Shown piece after piece: positions 9,393-18,683 of a stretch of DNA of 64,000 bases. The first letter of the stretch is position 1. Every line of letters starts with the position of its first letter. The notes beneath the pieces were generated by a model, which made no database searches, was not told where the DNA came from, and saw only the letters and a list, made by a program, of their open reading frames with translations. The DNA lies in assembly GCA_022510505.1 (NCBI GenBank), contig JAFLTL010000003.1, forward strand, positions 55,789 through 119,788, read 5' to 3'. The stretch is from Muribaculaceae bacterium. Lineage in GTDB: Bacteria; Bacteroidota; Bacteroidia; Bacteroidales; Muribaculaceae. A program made the position numbers and the translations under genes.

Positions 9393-12266
9393 TTACAGTT
9401 TAATTTCTAACTCCGTTCCTTTGTATTCGACTTCCTGTCCTTTGACATCTCGTCCGAATCCAACAGGATTGCCTTTGCTGACTTTTACGACGTTGAATTT
9501 GCGTGTTTTTGGCATTCCGTCGTAAGAGCCGTCCCTATTACCAATGATAAGTGTCGACTCGCCATCGTTCCATATCATTGGAATCATGCTGTAATCGCCT
9601 TTTTCATAATTATAGTTCAAGCCTTCGTCTTCATACAGGGTGAAACTGCCGTCGGAACCTTCGTAAACGAACAGGGTTATGTCTCCTCCGGGGTTTTCAT
9701 CGGTCCATTGGATTTCGGGTCCCATGGGAAGAATCGAACCGGCTTTCACGAAGAGGGGCATTCTTTCGTAGGGAGCACCGGCAGTAATCTTACCGCCCTT
9801 AACAAGGTTGCCCGTGTAGAAGTCATACCACTCGGCTTCAACCGGGAGATAAACCTCTCGGCTGCGTGCTCCATATTCATATACGGGAGCAACAAGAAGT
9901 GAAGGACCGAACATATATTGGTCGGAAAGATTATGAGTGGTCTTGTCGTCGGTGAAATCCATTGCCATCGGACGCATGATCGTATAATCAAGGAAATGGG
10001 TCATGCCGGCCAGCGAATAGATATAAGGCATCAGGTCATAACGCAACTTGGTATAGTAAACTATTGACTCATAAGCGGGATGTCCCTGAGGTGCGATGTT
10101 GTAGATTTCGCGCAGTGGCCATTGACCATGGGCACGATATAAGGGCGCGAATGCTCCGAACTGGAACCAACGGGTGTTCAGCTCACGCCACTCCTTGTTG
10201 TCGGGGTTCTCCTGACCTGTAGCGTCATACATTCTTTGACCCATTGCAAATCGATCCTGAACGCAGAATCCACCAATATCCATTGTCCAGAAAGGAATTC
10301 CTGCGGCTGCAAAGTTCAATCCGGCTGAAATCTGAGCTTTCATGTCTTCCCAGCTTGTTCCTATGTCGCCGCTCCATGTTGCGGTTGAATAGCGCTGTTG
10401 TCCGGCAAATCCCGAACGTGTCAAAAGGAACACGCGCTGATCGGGGTCGACTTTGCGTTGGCCGTTGTAAATTGCATCGGCATTCATCAAACCGTAGCCG
10501 TTGAAATATTGAGCCGATGGTCCCAGGGCTGTCGGTGTAATCAAGTCCTTGCGATACTGTAGATCGGTACAGTCACGAATATTCGGTTCCGAAGCATCCA
10601 TCCACCATGCATCGATTCCCAGAGGATAGAGGTGGTCTTGCATCTGACCCCAGAAGAGTTCTCGTGCTTCGGGACTGTAAGCATCGTAGAATGATCCCAC
10701 ATAACCCGGGCCAACCCAGTCCTTTATACTGTCCTCAACAGCCAGACGATACATCCAGCCTTTGTCATCGAATTCTTTGAAATGTTCGGTCGAGGCATAG
10801 AATTTTGGCCATACCGATATCATGAATCGTGCGTTCATGGCATGAACCGAGTCGACCATTCCCTTCGGGTCGGGGAATCGGGTTGAGTCGAACTCATGAC
10901 TACCCCAGCTGTCCTGTTTCCAATAAAGCCAGTCTTGAACAATGTTGTCGAGAGGAATTCCAAGTTCACGATATTTTGCAACTGTTTCGAGAAGTTCCTG
11001 CTGAGTGTTGTATTTCTCACGGCTCTGCCAGTAACCCCATGCCCATTTTGGGAGAATAGAGGCCTTACCGGTGATTGAACGGTAGCCTGAGATAACCTCA
11101 TCCATTGTTTCGCCATAAACGAAATAATAATCTTCCTGGGATTGCATTTCACCCCACCATGACATCTTCAGCTGTTCCTTCGGGTCGCGCGGTGCGTAGA
11201 CACGAAGTCCGGCATAGGACACACCGCCGTCGGGACGCCAGTCGATCTTAATGGGATAATGTTTTCCGGCTTCAAGCTCCATTGAGAACTTGTAGGCATT
11301 AGGATTCCATGCTGTTCTCCAACGTTCGGGAACTACGACTTCGTCGCCAATTGTTATGGTTTGATACCCGGCATAATACATTATGAATTTATATTCGCCA
11401 GTCTCGGTTGGTTCAATTTCACCTTCATAGGTGACATGTGAACCATGAAAACGGAAATCTTCGGGAAGATTGACTACTTTTTTAAGACCTTTCTCTCGGT
11501 CGAGATGTTCGAAGTAGATCGAGTCCTCACGACGTTCCAGTGTCTCACCACGAGCCGGAACATAAGTTCCTGTCAAAGCTCCGGGTTCGCCATTCTTGTC
11601 ATAAAGTTTGAATACTTTTCCGAGTTGTTTGTAGTCTTCGGGGTTACCCCAGCGAACGAGAGAGTAACTGTCCCAAAGAATTCCATATCCGTCGGTTGAG
11701 ATTACGAAAGGCACGGATACTTTCGTGTTGTATTGAAAGAGTTCCTCGTTTTTGCCCTTATAGTTGAATTCATCGGCCTGGTGCTGTCCCAAACCATAAA
11801 TAGCTTCCTCATCGTTGATGGATTCGAATCGCTGGCTGACTGTGTAGCCTTTCTTTCCTTCAACTTCAATTGGAGAGAATGAGCGTCCGTCGACATCCTC
11901 GCGAGCGATGACGTGTCCGGTGCTGTCGGCGAATGTGACGCGACCGTCATTAAGATTAACCGAAGCTCTTAGTGACATGGTGGCGACAGTTACGTTACTG
12001 TCGGTTTCAATAATCTCGAACGGTGTATTGTTCTCGATGGGCAAAACTACAAGAGATTCTTCATCTACAAATTTGTTGTCGGGTGTTGCCGAAACTCGGA
12101 TGATTTTTTCTCCTAAAACTGTTAGACGTACTAACCTTGCATCATTTGGCTGGTTCTGTTGGAGTGTCACAGTCACTCCGTCCTTGTTCTTTTTAATAGG
12201 CCCGGAAGAACAGGATGCCACGAGTGACAATAAACCGGCTCCGAGCACTGCAAGTTTAAGATTCAT
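9393..12266 (-). CDS. glycoside hydrolase family 31 with PA14 insertion (alpha-xylosidase-like)
   Basis: 957 aa with lipoprotein-type signal LLSLVASCSS. GH31 nucleophile region DAWWMDASEPN. PA14-like insert (GALTGTYVP ... GEYKFIMYYAGYQTITIGDEVVV ... KHYPIKIDW). Architecture matches PA14-bearing GH31 alpha-xylosidases. Confidence 0.88.
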   Translation of the reverse strand: MNLKLAVLGAGLLSLVASCSSGPIKKNKDGVTVTLQQNQPNDARLVRLTVLGEKIIRVSATPDNKFVDEESLVVLPIENNTPFEIIETDSNVTVATMSLRASVNLNDGRVTFADSTGHVIAREDVDGRSFSPIEVEGKKGYTVSQRFESINDEEAIYGLGQHQADEFNYKGKNEELFQYNTKVSVPFVISTDGYGILWDSYSLVRWGNPEDYKQLGKVFKLYDKNGEPGALTGTYVPARGETLERREDSIYFEHLDREKGLKKVVNLPEDFRFHGSHVTYEGEIEPTETGEYKFIMYYAGYQTITIGDEVVVPERWRTAWNPNAYKFSMELEAGKHYPIKIDWRPDGGVSYAGLRVYAPRDPKEQLKMSWWGEMQSQEDYYFVYGETMDEVISGYRSITGKASILPKWAWGYWQSREKYNTQQELLETVAKYRELGIPLDNIVQDWLYWKQDSWGSHEFDSTRFPDPKGMVDSVHAMNARFMISVWPKFYASTEHFKEFDDKGWMYRLAVEDSIKDWVGPGYVGSFYDAYSPEARELFWGQMQDHLYPLGIDAWWMDASEPNIRDCTDLQYRKDLITPTALGPSAQYFNGYGLMNADAIYNGQRKVDPDQRVFLLTRSGFAGQQRYSTATWSGDIGTSWEDMKAQISAGLNFAAAGIPFWTMDIGGFCVQDRFAMGQRMYDATGQENPDNKEWRELNTRWFQFGAFAPLYRAHGQWPLREIYNIAPQGHPAYESIVYYTKLRYDLMPYIYSLAGMTHFLDYTIMRPMAMDFTDDKTTHNLSDQYMFGPSLLVAPVYEYGARSREVYLPVEAEWYDFYTGNLVKGGKITAGAPYERMPLFVKAGSILPMGPEIQWTDENPGGDITLFVYEGSDGSFTLYEDEGLNYNYEKGDYSMIPMIWNDGESTLIIGNRDGSYDGMPKTRKFNVVKVSKGNPVGFGRDVKGQEVEYKGTELEIKL

Positions 12267-12298
12267 TTGTGAAAATATTTATAGGTCAATTGTTTTCA

Positions 12299-12306
12299 CA
12301 AAGTTA
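12299..12306 (-). promoter_or_regulatory. candidate Bacteroides-type -7 box (TAACTTTG) for the GH31 gene
   Basis: Plus-strand CAAAGTTA is minus-strand TAACTTTG, an exact TAnnTTTG match about 30 nt upstream of the GH31 ATG (12266). Confidence 0.4.
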
Positions 12307-12327
12307 CTGATTATCCAAATCATAAAA

Positions 12328-12355
12328 ATACCCTTAATGTTAACATCAAGGGTAT
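12328..12355 (-). terminator. intrinsic terminator-like palindrome downstream of the HTCS gene
   Basis: ATACCCTTaATGTT|AACATcAAGGGTAT is a 28-bp palindrome with one mismatch pair, centred on GTTAAC (12339..12344). On the minus strand it is followed by TTTTTATGATTT. It lies 24 nt after the HTCS stop. Confidence 0.6.
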
Positions 12356-12378
12356 TAATTGTTAATTGTTATGTTAAA

Positions 12379-15300
12379 TTATTTCTCTTTATGACTCTTT
12401 TGATAAGCCGAGGGCAAAATTCCATATTCTTCCATGAAATATTTGCTGAAGCTACGAGGAGTGGAAAATCCGAGTCGCCAAGCAATTTCCTGAACTGTCA
12501 AACCACTCTCTTCAAGCATCTGTCGCGAAATCTTCAGGCGAATGGTTCTGATGAGTTCGGTTGGAGTGCGGTCGGTTATCTGTTTCATCTTTTTATAAAG
12601 ATGCACACGACTTATACCGAGATAGTTCGACAGTTCTTCAACAGTCAGGTCGCTTCGTTGGATGTTCTCTTCGATGTAGGCTGTTGCCTTTTCAATCAGC
12701 TGTTCGTCAACAGAGGTGATTTCAAGACGTCGAGGTTCGGGATCCACAAAGTTTGTAATGCGCTCATTTGACAATGCACTGCTTGCAGTGTCCTTGTTGA
12801 TGAGTCGTTGCATGCGGTAAATAACCTCGTCAAGTTTGAACGGCTTGGTCAGATAATCGTCGGCTCCGGCGGCATAACCTTCGACTTTTGCCTGTGCCTC
12901 ATCCTTTGCAGTCAGCATTATAACAGGAATGTTGGCTGTCAATGGGTCACCCTTCAAACGACGACACAATTCAATTCCGTCCATATAGGGCATCATGACG
13001 TCGGTCAATACAACGTCGGGAACGCGACCATCCTCAAATATCTTGTCGAGAGCATCCTCGCCGTTTTCGGCGGTAATGATGTCGAAATTCGGACTCAGAC
13101 CTTCCCGCATGAATGTGATCAGGTCGGAATTGTCGTCGACTACTAACGCCAACGGTTTCTCTCCTTCAGCAGTATGGGAGATTGAAACGTTTCCAAGTGT
13201 GGCACTCGGAGTAAACGGACGATTGTCTTCGGAATTGTCGCGCTCGGTATATTCACGTGGGTTGACAGCGACTGCACCACGCGGATAGAAGTTGGCAGTG
13301 GGTTCAACAGGTGCAGGCGCAGGTTTTGGTGAAACTGATGCGGCAGGATGATCATTTTGCCCCAGACGAATTTGTTTAAGTCCCTTCATTGGGATTTCCA
13401 CTTCGAACGATGAACCGACCGAGTCGTGATTGTCATTGACCTTCACGGTACCGTCCATCATTTCGACATACTTCTTGACAACCGTCAAACCAATGCCGGC
13501 TCCCATGATGTTTTTAGTTTCGGGACGGTCAATGCGCTGGTAACGTTCAAAAATTCTTTCTCTATCCTCGGGTTTGATTCCTATTCCGGTATCAGTTACT
13601 CTGAGATATACTTTTTCATTGGATGCCGAAATTGCAAATGTTGCTCTTCCGCCATCGGGGGTATATTTGTAGGCATTGCTCAGAAGATTGGTTATAATTG
13701 TTCCCAACTTCTCATGGTCGAAGGTGGCATGCAATTCTTCATCTTCAGGTGCAATGAACTGGAAGTCGATTCTCTTTTTAGCGTTCATAGAGGTGAAGGT
13801 CTCACAGATACCTTTGGCAAAAGTTATCAATTCACCAGGAGCCGGACGAAGCGTCACATTTCCTTCCTCCAATTTGCGGAAATCCAGCAATTCGTTGACC
13901 ATTCTAAGCAACCTGCGCGCATTGGAATGAATCATGTCGAATTTCGACATCATCCTGACGTCGGTAGTTTCGCGCATCAGCTTTTCTATTGGTGAGAGAA
14001 TCAAAGTCAGCGGTGTTCTGAGTTCATGGGAAATGTTTGTGAAGAAAGTTCCCTTGAGTTTTTCAATTTCTTCGAAACGTTTTTCTTCCTCTTCTTTTTG
14101 CAAGTCAATGGCTCGTGCAAGTTCCTTTCTACGAATTAGCATGACAATAATGAAGAGGATTATCAGGCCAAGCAGAACGTAGATCGTGATAGCCCACCAA
14201 GTGGCATACCAAGGTGCTTCGACCTTGATTTGTAGAACAGCCTCTTCGTCGCTCATCAAGCCGTCGTTGTTAACGGCTCTTACGCGAAGAGTGTAGTCGC
14301 CTGCAGGCAAAGTCGAGTAGGAAAGACGGTGCTGACCGGTCGGTATCAAGATCCAGTCGTCGTTGAATCCTTCTAGTTTATAATAGTAGTTGGTTGTTGA
14401 AGGAGAAACATAGTCGTTTGTTCCGAACCAGATGGAGAATTCTTTGACATCGGGGTCAATTGTAATAGATTCTCCTCTTTTCAAAGTGTGATCGAAATTG
14501 TGATCTATAGACAAATCGGTCAGAATTGCCATCGGCGGTGCATTGTTATATTTGATGTTGGCAGGATTGAACATTGTCATTCCGTCAAGGGATCCAACAA
14601 CCATCATACCGTCGCTGAGGCAAGCGATAGCTTTTTGATTAAAGTCATCGCCCGGTAGCCCGTCGATGTCATTATAGGACCTTACTGTAAAGGAATAAGT
14701 GTCGCCCGATTCGCGTGTGGGTATGATTTTGAAAATATAAGGACCTACGGCTGCCCACATGTCGCCTTTTTGGTCTTCGGCAATTCCGAGAACGAACGGT
14801 GATTGAAATTCCTCACCCAACGACACCGGAGTCACTTTGCCGGTTTTGGGATTGAACATGTCAAGTCCGCCACGGGTTGCCACCCAAATCATGCCACGGG
14901 TATCGACGACGAGTTGAACAATATTGTCATTGCTCCAGTTATACCCGTTTGATGCGTCGAGCATGGTTAGGTTTCCGGTTTCCGGACCGATTTCAGCGAT
15001 TCCGGTTGACATTCCACAATAGATTTTCTTTGTTTCCTTGCAATAGACTATTGTTGATGTCCAGTCGGAAGTCAACGTGGAATTAGCCATGTTATAGGTG
15101 GTAAACTTTCGAGTGGCAGGGTCATAGGATTGGATTCCCCCTCCCAGGGTGGCAATCCAGATTTTCCCGTTATGATCCTCAGTCAGCCCCCAAATGTTAT
15201 CGCTTGATAATCCCTGGGAGGCTCCAAAACGTTCCCATCCGCGTCCCGGCACAAAGGTTTTTAGTCCGTCGCTGAAAGTACCAACCCATATCTTGCCATG

Positions 15301-16521
15301 AGAATCTTCCATCAGGCAAACAATTGGAGCTGCTCTACCATCAGCCATGTCGATAGCGTCGGGATAAGAGCGATTTTCATTTGTCACAGGATCCCATGAG
15401 ACAAGTCCGTGCCCGTCGGTCCCACCCCAAAGCAAATCTTTGGTTGGAAGAAAACAGGTCATGTCATACCATTTGTGGTTCCAGAACTTGAACATGGCAT
15501 CGTTAAAATAGGACACGCCACGTTTGTAAGTTCCAACCCAGATGGTTCCACCTGCATCTTTCATTAACAAGGTTGTATTGTCGTTGGACAACGACTGGGG
15601 ATTGTTTGGATCTTCACGCAGATTGTAGACCGATCCGTCGTTTTCTATAATCAGCAACCCCGAATGGTCCAAGGCAATCCAGATTCTTCCGTAAGGGCCT
15701 GTAGAGACATCCTTAGCAAAATCACCGGGAGCGAATTTGTCTATGTCGAATTTAGTAACAGAATGATTTTTTAAATCATATTTCCATAAACCTTTGATGG
15801 AGCTTATCCATGCGATATCGTCCTCTGAGAAATAGATTTTGTAGTTTACTAATGTAGAATCGTTTCCCAAGGCTTTTCTGATGCCGTCGTTCTTCTCTTT
15901 GAGAATCAACTGATGACGGTCAATGTCATAAATATGTCCGAGATCATCCAGGAGAACGACGTGATCGGGGTTAGCGTTCAACGCAGTGATTGTATTGGCT
16001 CCATATTTTTGGATTTCAATTGGGAACATCTTGGATGTTCCGCTGCCGGGTGTATGCAGATATAGAAATCCGTCATCAGAGGTTGCCCAGAGATTATGGT
16101 CACGGTCAAATACAAGGTGGTTAATATTCCCGTTAATGCCAATTTCTTGCATTATATCCTTGACATTCCTGTTGGCAATTCCGGTATATGGGTCTAGAAC
16201 CGAGAACTCTTCGTTTCCTTTAATCCAGATCCTGCCGTCCTTGTCCTCATACATTTCCTGAATATAATTGGAGTGTATGGTTGTTGAGTCGTCAGGTATT
16301 GACAAGAATGTCTTGAAGTTATAGCCGTCGAATCGATTCAGACCACGCGCCGTACCAATCCATATCAGGCCTCGGCTATCCTGCATTATGTCATTTATCT
16401 GGTTATTAGATAATCCAGATTTAATATCGAGATGACGAAACATCAAATCTTCGTTTGATGTTCGTGCGTTGATATTCAAAATTGATAACAAGGCAACAAG
16501 TGCAACACCCAGAGTTCTCAT
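12379..16521 (-). CDS. hybrid two-component system sensor histidine kinase/response regulator with AraC-type HTH
   Basis: 1380 aa. Periplasmic Reg_prop-type repeats (GLIWIGT, GTIWVGT, GKIWVGT, GKIWIAT ...), one TM segment, H-box FFTNISHELRTPLT, HATPase, REC (LVVDDNSD ... VVLTDVMMPYMDG), and a C-terminal AraC HTH. Confidence 0.95.
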   Translation of the reverse strand: MRTLGVALVALLSILNINARTSNEDLMFRHLDIKSGLSNNQINDIMQDSRGLIWIGTARGLNRFDGYNFKTFLSIPDDSTTIHSNYIQEMYEDKDGRIWIKGNEEFSVLDPYTGIANRNVKDIMQEIGINGNINHLVFDRDHNLWATSDDGFLYLHTPGSGTSKMFPIEIQKYGANTITALNANPDHVVLLDDLGHIYDIDRHQLILKEKNDGIRKALGNDSTLVNYKIYFSEDDIAWISSIKGLWKYDLKNHSVTKFDIDKFAPGDFAKDVSTGPYGRIWIALDHSGLLIIENDGSVYNLREDPNNPQSLSNDNTTLLMKDAGGTIWVGTYKRGVSYFNDAMFKFWNHKWYDMTCFLPTKDLLWGGTDGHGLVSWDPVTNENRSYPDAIDMADGRAAPIVCLMEDSHGKIWVGTFSDGLKTFVPGRGWERFGASQGLSSDNIWGLTEDHNGKIWIATLGGGIQSYDPATRKFTTYNMANSTLTSDWTSTIVYCKETKKIYCGMSTGIAEIGPETGNLTMLDASNGYNWSNDNIVQLVVDTRGMIWVATRGGLDMFNPKTGKVTPVSLGEEFQSPFVLGIAEDQKGDMWAAVGPYIFKIIPTRESGDTYSFTVRSYNDIDGLPGDDFNQKAIACLSDGMMVVGSLDGMTMFNPANIKYNNAPPMAILTDLSIDHNFDHTLKRGESITIDPDVKEFSIWFGTNDYVSPSTTNYYYKLEGFNDDWILIPTGQHRLSYSTLPAGDYTLRVRAVNNDGLMSDEEAVLQIKVEAPWYATWWAITIYVLLGLIILFIIVMLIRRKELARAIDLQKEEEEKRFEEIEKLKGTFFTNISHELRTPLTLILSPIEKLMRETTDVRMMSKFDMIHSNARRLLRMVNELLDFRKLEEGNVTLRPAPGELITFAKGICETFTSMNAKKRIDFQFIAPEDEELHATFDHEKLGTIITNLLSNAYKYTPDGGRATFAISASNEKVYLRVTDTGIGIKPEDRERIFERYQRIDRPETKNIMGAGIGLTVVKKYVEMMDGTVKVNDNHDSVGSSFEVEIPMKGLKQIRLGQNDHPAASVSPKPAPAPVEPTANFYPRGAVAVNPREYTERDNSEDNRPFTPSATLGNVSISHTAEGEKPLALVVDDNSDLITFMREGLSPNFDIITAENGEDALDKIFEDGRVPDVVLTDVMMPYMDGIELCRRLKGDPLTANIPVIMLTAKDEAQAKVEGYAAGADDYLTKPFKLDEVIYRMQRLINKDTASSALSNERITNFVDPEPRRLEITSVDEQLIEKATAYIEENIQRSDLTVEELSNYLGISRVHLYKKMKQITDRTPTELIRTIRLKISRQMLEESGLTVQEIAWRLGFSTPRSFSKYFMEEYGILPSAYQKSHKEK

Positions 16522-16566
16522 GTGATGAACTTTATAATTGGTTATTTAATTATGTAAGTATTCAAT

Positions 16567-16764
16567 GCTAACATTCTCACTGTTAACATTGAACTACTGT
16601 GATGCTAACAAGAAATTATTGACATGGATGTCAACTTGGTTTGAAAAATCCTTGTTAACATGACAAAGAAAGATAATAAAATTGAAATATACAAATATTT
16701 AGATAGAAAAAGTGTATATTTTGTTAACTACTCCAGTTAACAAAAGCGACAGGCGTGGTTAACA
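16567..16764. promoter_or_regulatory. cluster of seven G(T/C)TAAC(A/T) motifs in the HTCS upstream region
   Basis: GCTAACA 16567-16573, GTTAACA 16582-16588, GCTAACA 16604-16610, GTTAACA 16654-16660, GTTAACT 16723-16729, GTTAACA 16736-16742, GTTAACA 16758-16764. All were read directly from the sequence. Confidence 0.35.
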
Positions 16765-16781
16765 AATAGCCATGCCTGTCG
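16747..16781 (-). terminator. intrinsic terminator downstream of the Pro-rich protein gene
   Basis: CGACAGGCGTGG / CCATGCCTGTCG forms a 12-bp stem (one G-U pair) with an 11-nt loop. On the minus strand it is followed by CTTTTGTT. It lies 27 nt after the stop at 16809. Confidence 0.65.
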
Positions 16782-16808
16782 TGACAAGATAGATTATTTA
16801 ATCATGGG

Positions 16809-17837
16809 TTAATTCCCAAAGGTAAGAGTTGTGTAAAACCTTAGTTGACCCATGCTGTTATAGGTTGGTAGATACTGCAGCGTGATATAGTTGCCATCGG
16901 GGCCCCACCATTGAGCAGTCATGCCTGATGCCGGCCGGCTGATATAGGGTGTGCCATAGCTGAGTGTCAGTTGTGATAGCAAGGAATTGTAACGCAAAGG
17001 ATCATTGTAACCTGTCGAATAGGTATAGACTGAAGAGGAGAGTAATCCGCCATTGTAGAACATCGAAACTTCGGGCCAAAGGAAATTAAGCATCTCGACA
17101 TTGTTGAGATAGATTGCATTGTTTGCATACCCACTGACATTATAACTATTGCTGTAGAAATAGTTCAAAGATGCGTTATAGGCAATTCCCAAAGTCAATC
17201 CAAGAAGTGCTTCGCCAAAAGAAAGGGGTCGACGTGGCATTACCCAGTTAACTGGCGGAGCAGGACGCATGGGTGGTGTGTGAACATAAAACGGTATTCT
17301 TGGCGGACGTGGAGTCACCGGACCCGGGGCAAAGTGAGGAGGATTACCTGCCGGATGACGTGGTGGTACTCCAGGCTGAAGGGTAGGTCCTCCCGGCATA
17401 TTCCCCTGAGGGCGATTTTGTCCTTGCTGTGGTCCGCCGGGCTGTCCTTGAGGTCGGTTCAATCCGGGGGCACCGGACCGTTGACCGGGAGAGGGCTTAC
17501 TGTTCATATTCCCCGAAGAGGTTGACGGACGATTGTTGTTTGTCGTTCCTACACCTGGTCGTTGACCGTTGTTAGAATTTGTCGTTGAAGGGTTAGTTCT
17601 TGGAGGTGTGGTCCTATTCGTGTTATTCCTGTTGGGAGTTGTTTTTGATGGACTTGTAGGAGTAGGAGTTGTGCGCTGAGGCGAATTCTTTGACGGACTC
17701 GAATTACGGGAAGGAGCGGTCCGGGAAGGGTTCTGTCGAGTGGGATTAGAGCGATCGCGCTCCGCTGAGATCGCCGTTCCACTCAATAGCATTGCACTGA
17801 GTGCCAATATTGCTATTCTTTTGATCGCGTTTCTCAT
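16809..17837 (-). CDS. secreted protein with ~180-aa basic Pro/Thr/Asn/Ser/Arg/Gly/Gln-rich disordered region and Tyr/Asn/Ser-rich C-terminal domain
   Basis: 342 aa with signal peptide MRNAIKRIAILALSAMLLSGTAISA. Residues ~30-204 are low complexity with no Asp/Glu and roughly twenty Arg/Lys. Residues ~205-342 are non-repetitive (YNASLNYFYSNSYNVSGY ... QLRFYTTLTFGN). It is the only long ORF consistent with flanking gene spacing. Confidence 0.6.
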   Translation of the reverse strand: MRNAIKRIAILALSAMLLSGTAISAERDRSNPTRQNPSRTAPSRNSSPSKNSPQRTTPTPTSPSKTTPNRNNTNRTTPPRTNPSTTNSNNGQRPGVGTTNNNRPSTSSGNMNSKPSPGQRSGAPGLNRPQGQPGGPQQGQNRPQGNMPGGPTLQPGVPPRHPAGNPPHFAPGPVTPRPPRIPFYVHTPPMRPAPPVNWVMPRRPLSFGEALLGLTLGIAYNASLNYFYSNSYNVSGYANNAIYLNNVEMLNFLWPEVSMFYNGGLLSSSVYTYSTGYNDPLRYNSLLSQLTLSYGTPYISRPASGMTAQWWGPDGNYITLQYLPTYNSMGQLRFYTTLTFGN

Positions 17838-17881
17838 AATGTTTGATTTTTCTTATTAGACCGTCTCAATCCTCAAAAGGT

Positions 17882-18670
17882 TTAGTCTTCGGAAAGACCT
17901 TTCATCCAAAAATTCAATTCATCCTGCCATAAATCGCTGAATGGGGTTTTTCTCCATCCCCAGCCGTGACCATGTGTGGGATAGACATGCAGGACTGCAT
18001 TCTTGTGTTGCCGATTCAATGCTTCATAATAACGAACGCCGTTTACAGCCGGCACAAGCCAGTCGTCGTTACTCAAAACAATAAATGCCGGTGGAGTCAA
18101 GGAGTCGACTTGCAGGTCGGGTGAATATTTTCTAAGAGAATCCTGCGGTGCATTTTCTCCCAGAAACGCATCACGCGAGCCGGCATGAACGTTTTCTCCA
18201 TCCCACATACTGATAACAGGGTAGAACAAAATTGTGAAATCAGGTCTACACAGAGCATCGGGAGCCAATGTCGAGACAGTTGCGGCGAGGTGTCCACCGG
18301 CTGAGGACCCCATGACACCTATCTCATTGGGATTGATTCCATATTTCGAGTGGTTTTGTCGTAGGAATTCAATAGCGTCCCATGCGTCGGTTAAGGGTTT
18401 TGACGGGTCACCTTCGGGAAAACGATATTCCACAACTGCGAGTGTTATGCCTCGTTGGTTGAAATAATCGGCGGCATCTTTCCCTTCATGGTCGACCGCA
18501 AGATAAACATAACCCCCGCCAGGGAGGGCAACAACAGCCTGTCCGTTCGGTTTTTCGGCTTGAAAAACAGTCATAGGAGCTCCTGAGGGAAGTGTTATCG
18601 ATTGGGGTTCAGCTCCGTTAACGAATAATGCCAAGAGGGGCAATATGCTGATAAAAAGAAATCGTTTCAT
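17882..18670 (-). CDS. secreted alpha/beta hydrolase (esterase, possible carbohydrate acetylesterase)
   Basis: 262 aa with a signal peptide, oxyanion-type LPGGGY, nucleophile elbow GSSAGGHLA, and C-terminal HGHGW. Confidence 0.8.
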   Translation of the reverse strand: MKRFLFISILPLLALFVNGAEPQSITLPSGAPMTVFQAEKPNGQAVVALPGGGYVYLAVDHEGKDAADYFNQRGITLAVVEYRFPEGDPSKPLTDAWDAIEFLRQNHSKYGINPNEIGVMGSSAGGHLAATVSTLAPDALCRPDFTILFYPVISMWDGENVHAGSRDAFLGENAPQDSLRKYSPDLQVDSLTPPAFIVLSNDDWLVPAVNGVRYYEALNRQHKNAVLHVYPTHGHGWGWRKTPFSDLWQDELNFWMKGLSED

Positions 18671-18683
18671 TTCTATGTTACGG

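Noticed and set aside
11908-12771. 287-aa plus-strand ORF spanning the GH31 start, the intergenic region and the HTCS end.
   Set aside because: It crosses a terminator palindrome and a promoter and is antisense to two well-supported genes. Its sequence is low-information.
17226-17762. Possible tandem DNA repeat, contingency locus or CRISPR-like periodicity in the Pro-rich region.
   Set aside because: The periodicity exists only at the amino-acid composition level. I found no exact or near-exact nucleotide repeat units, spacers or homopolymer tracts.
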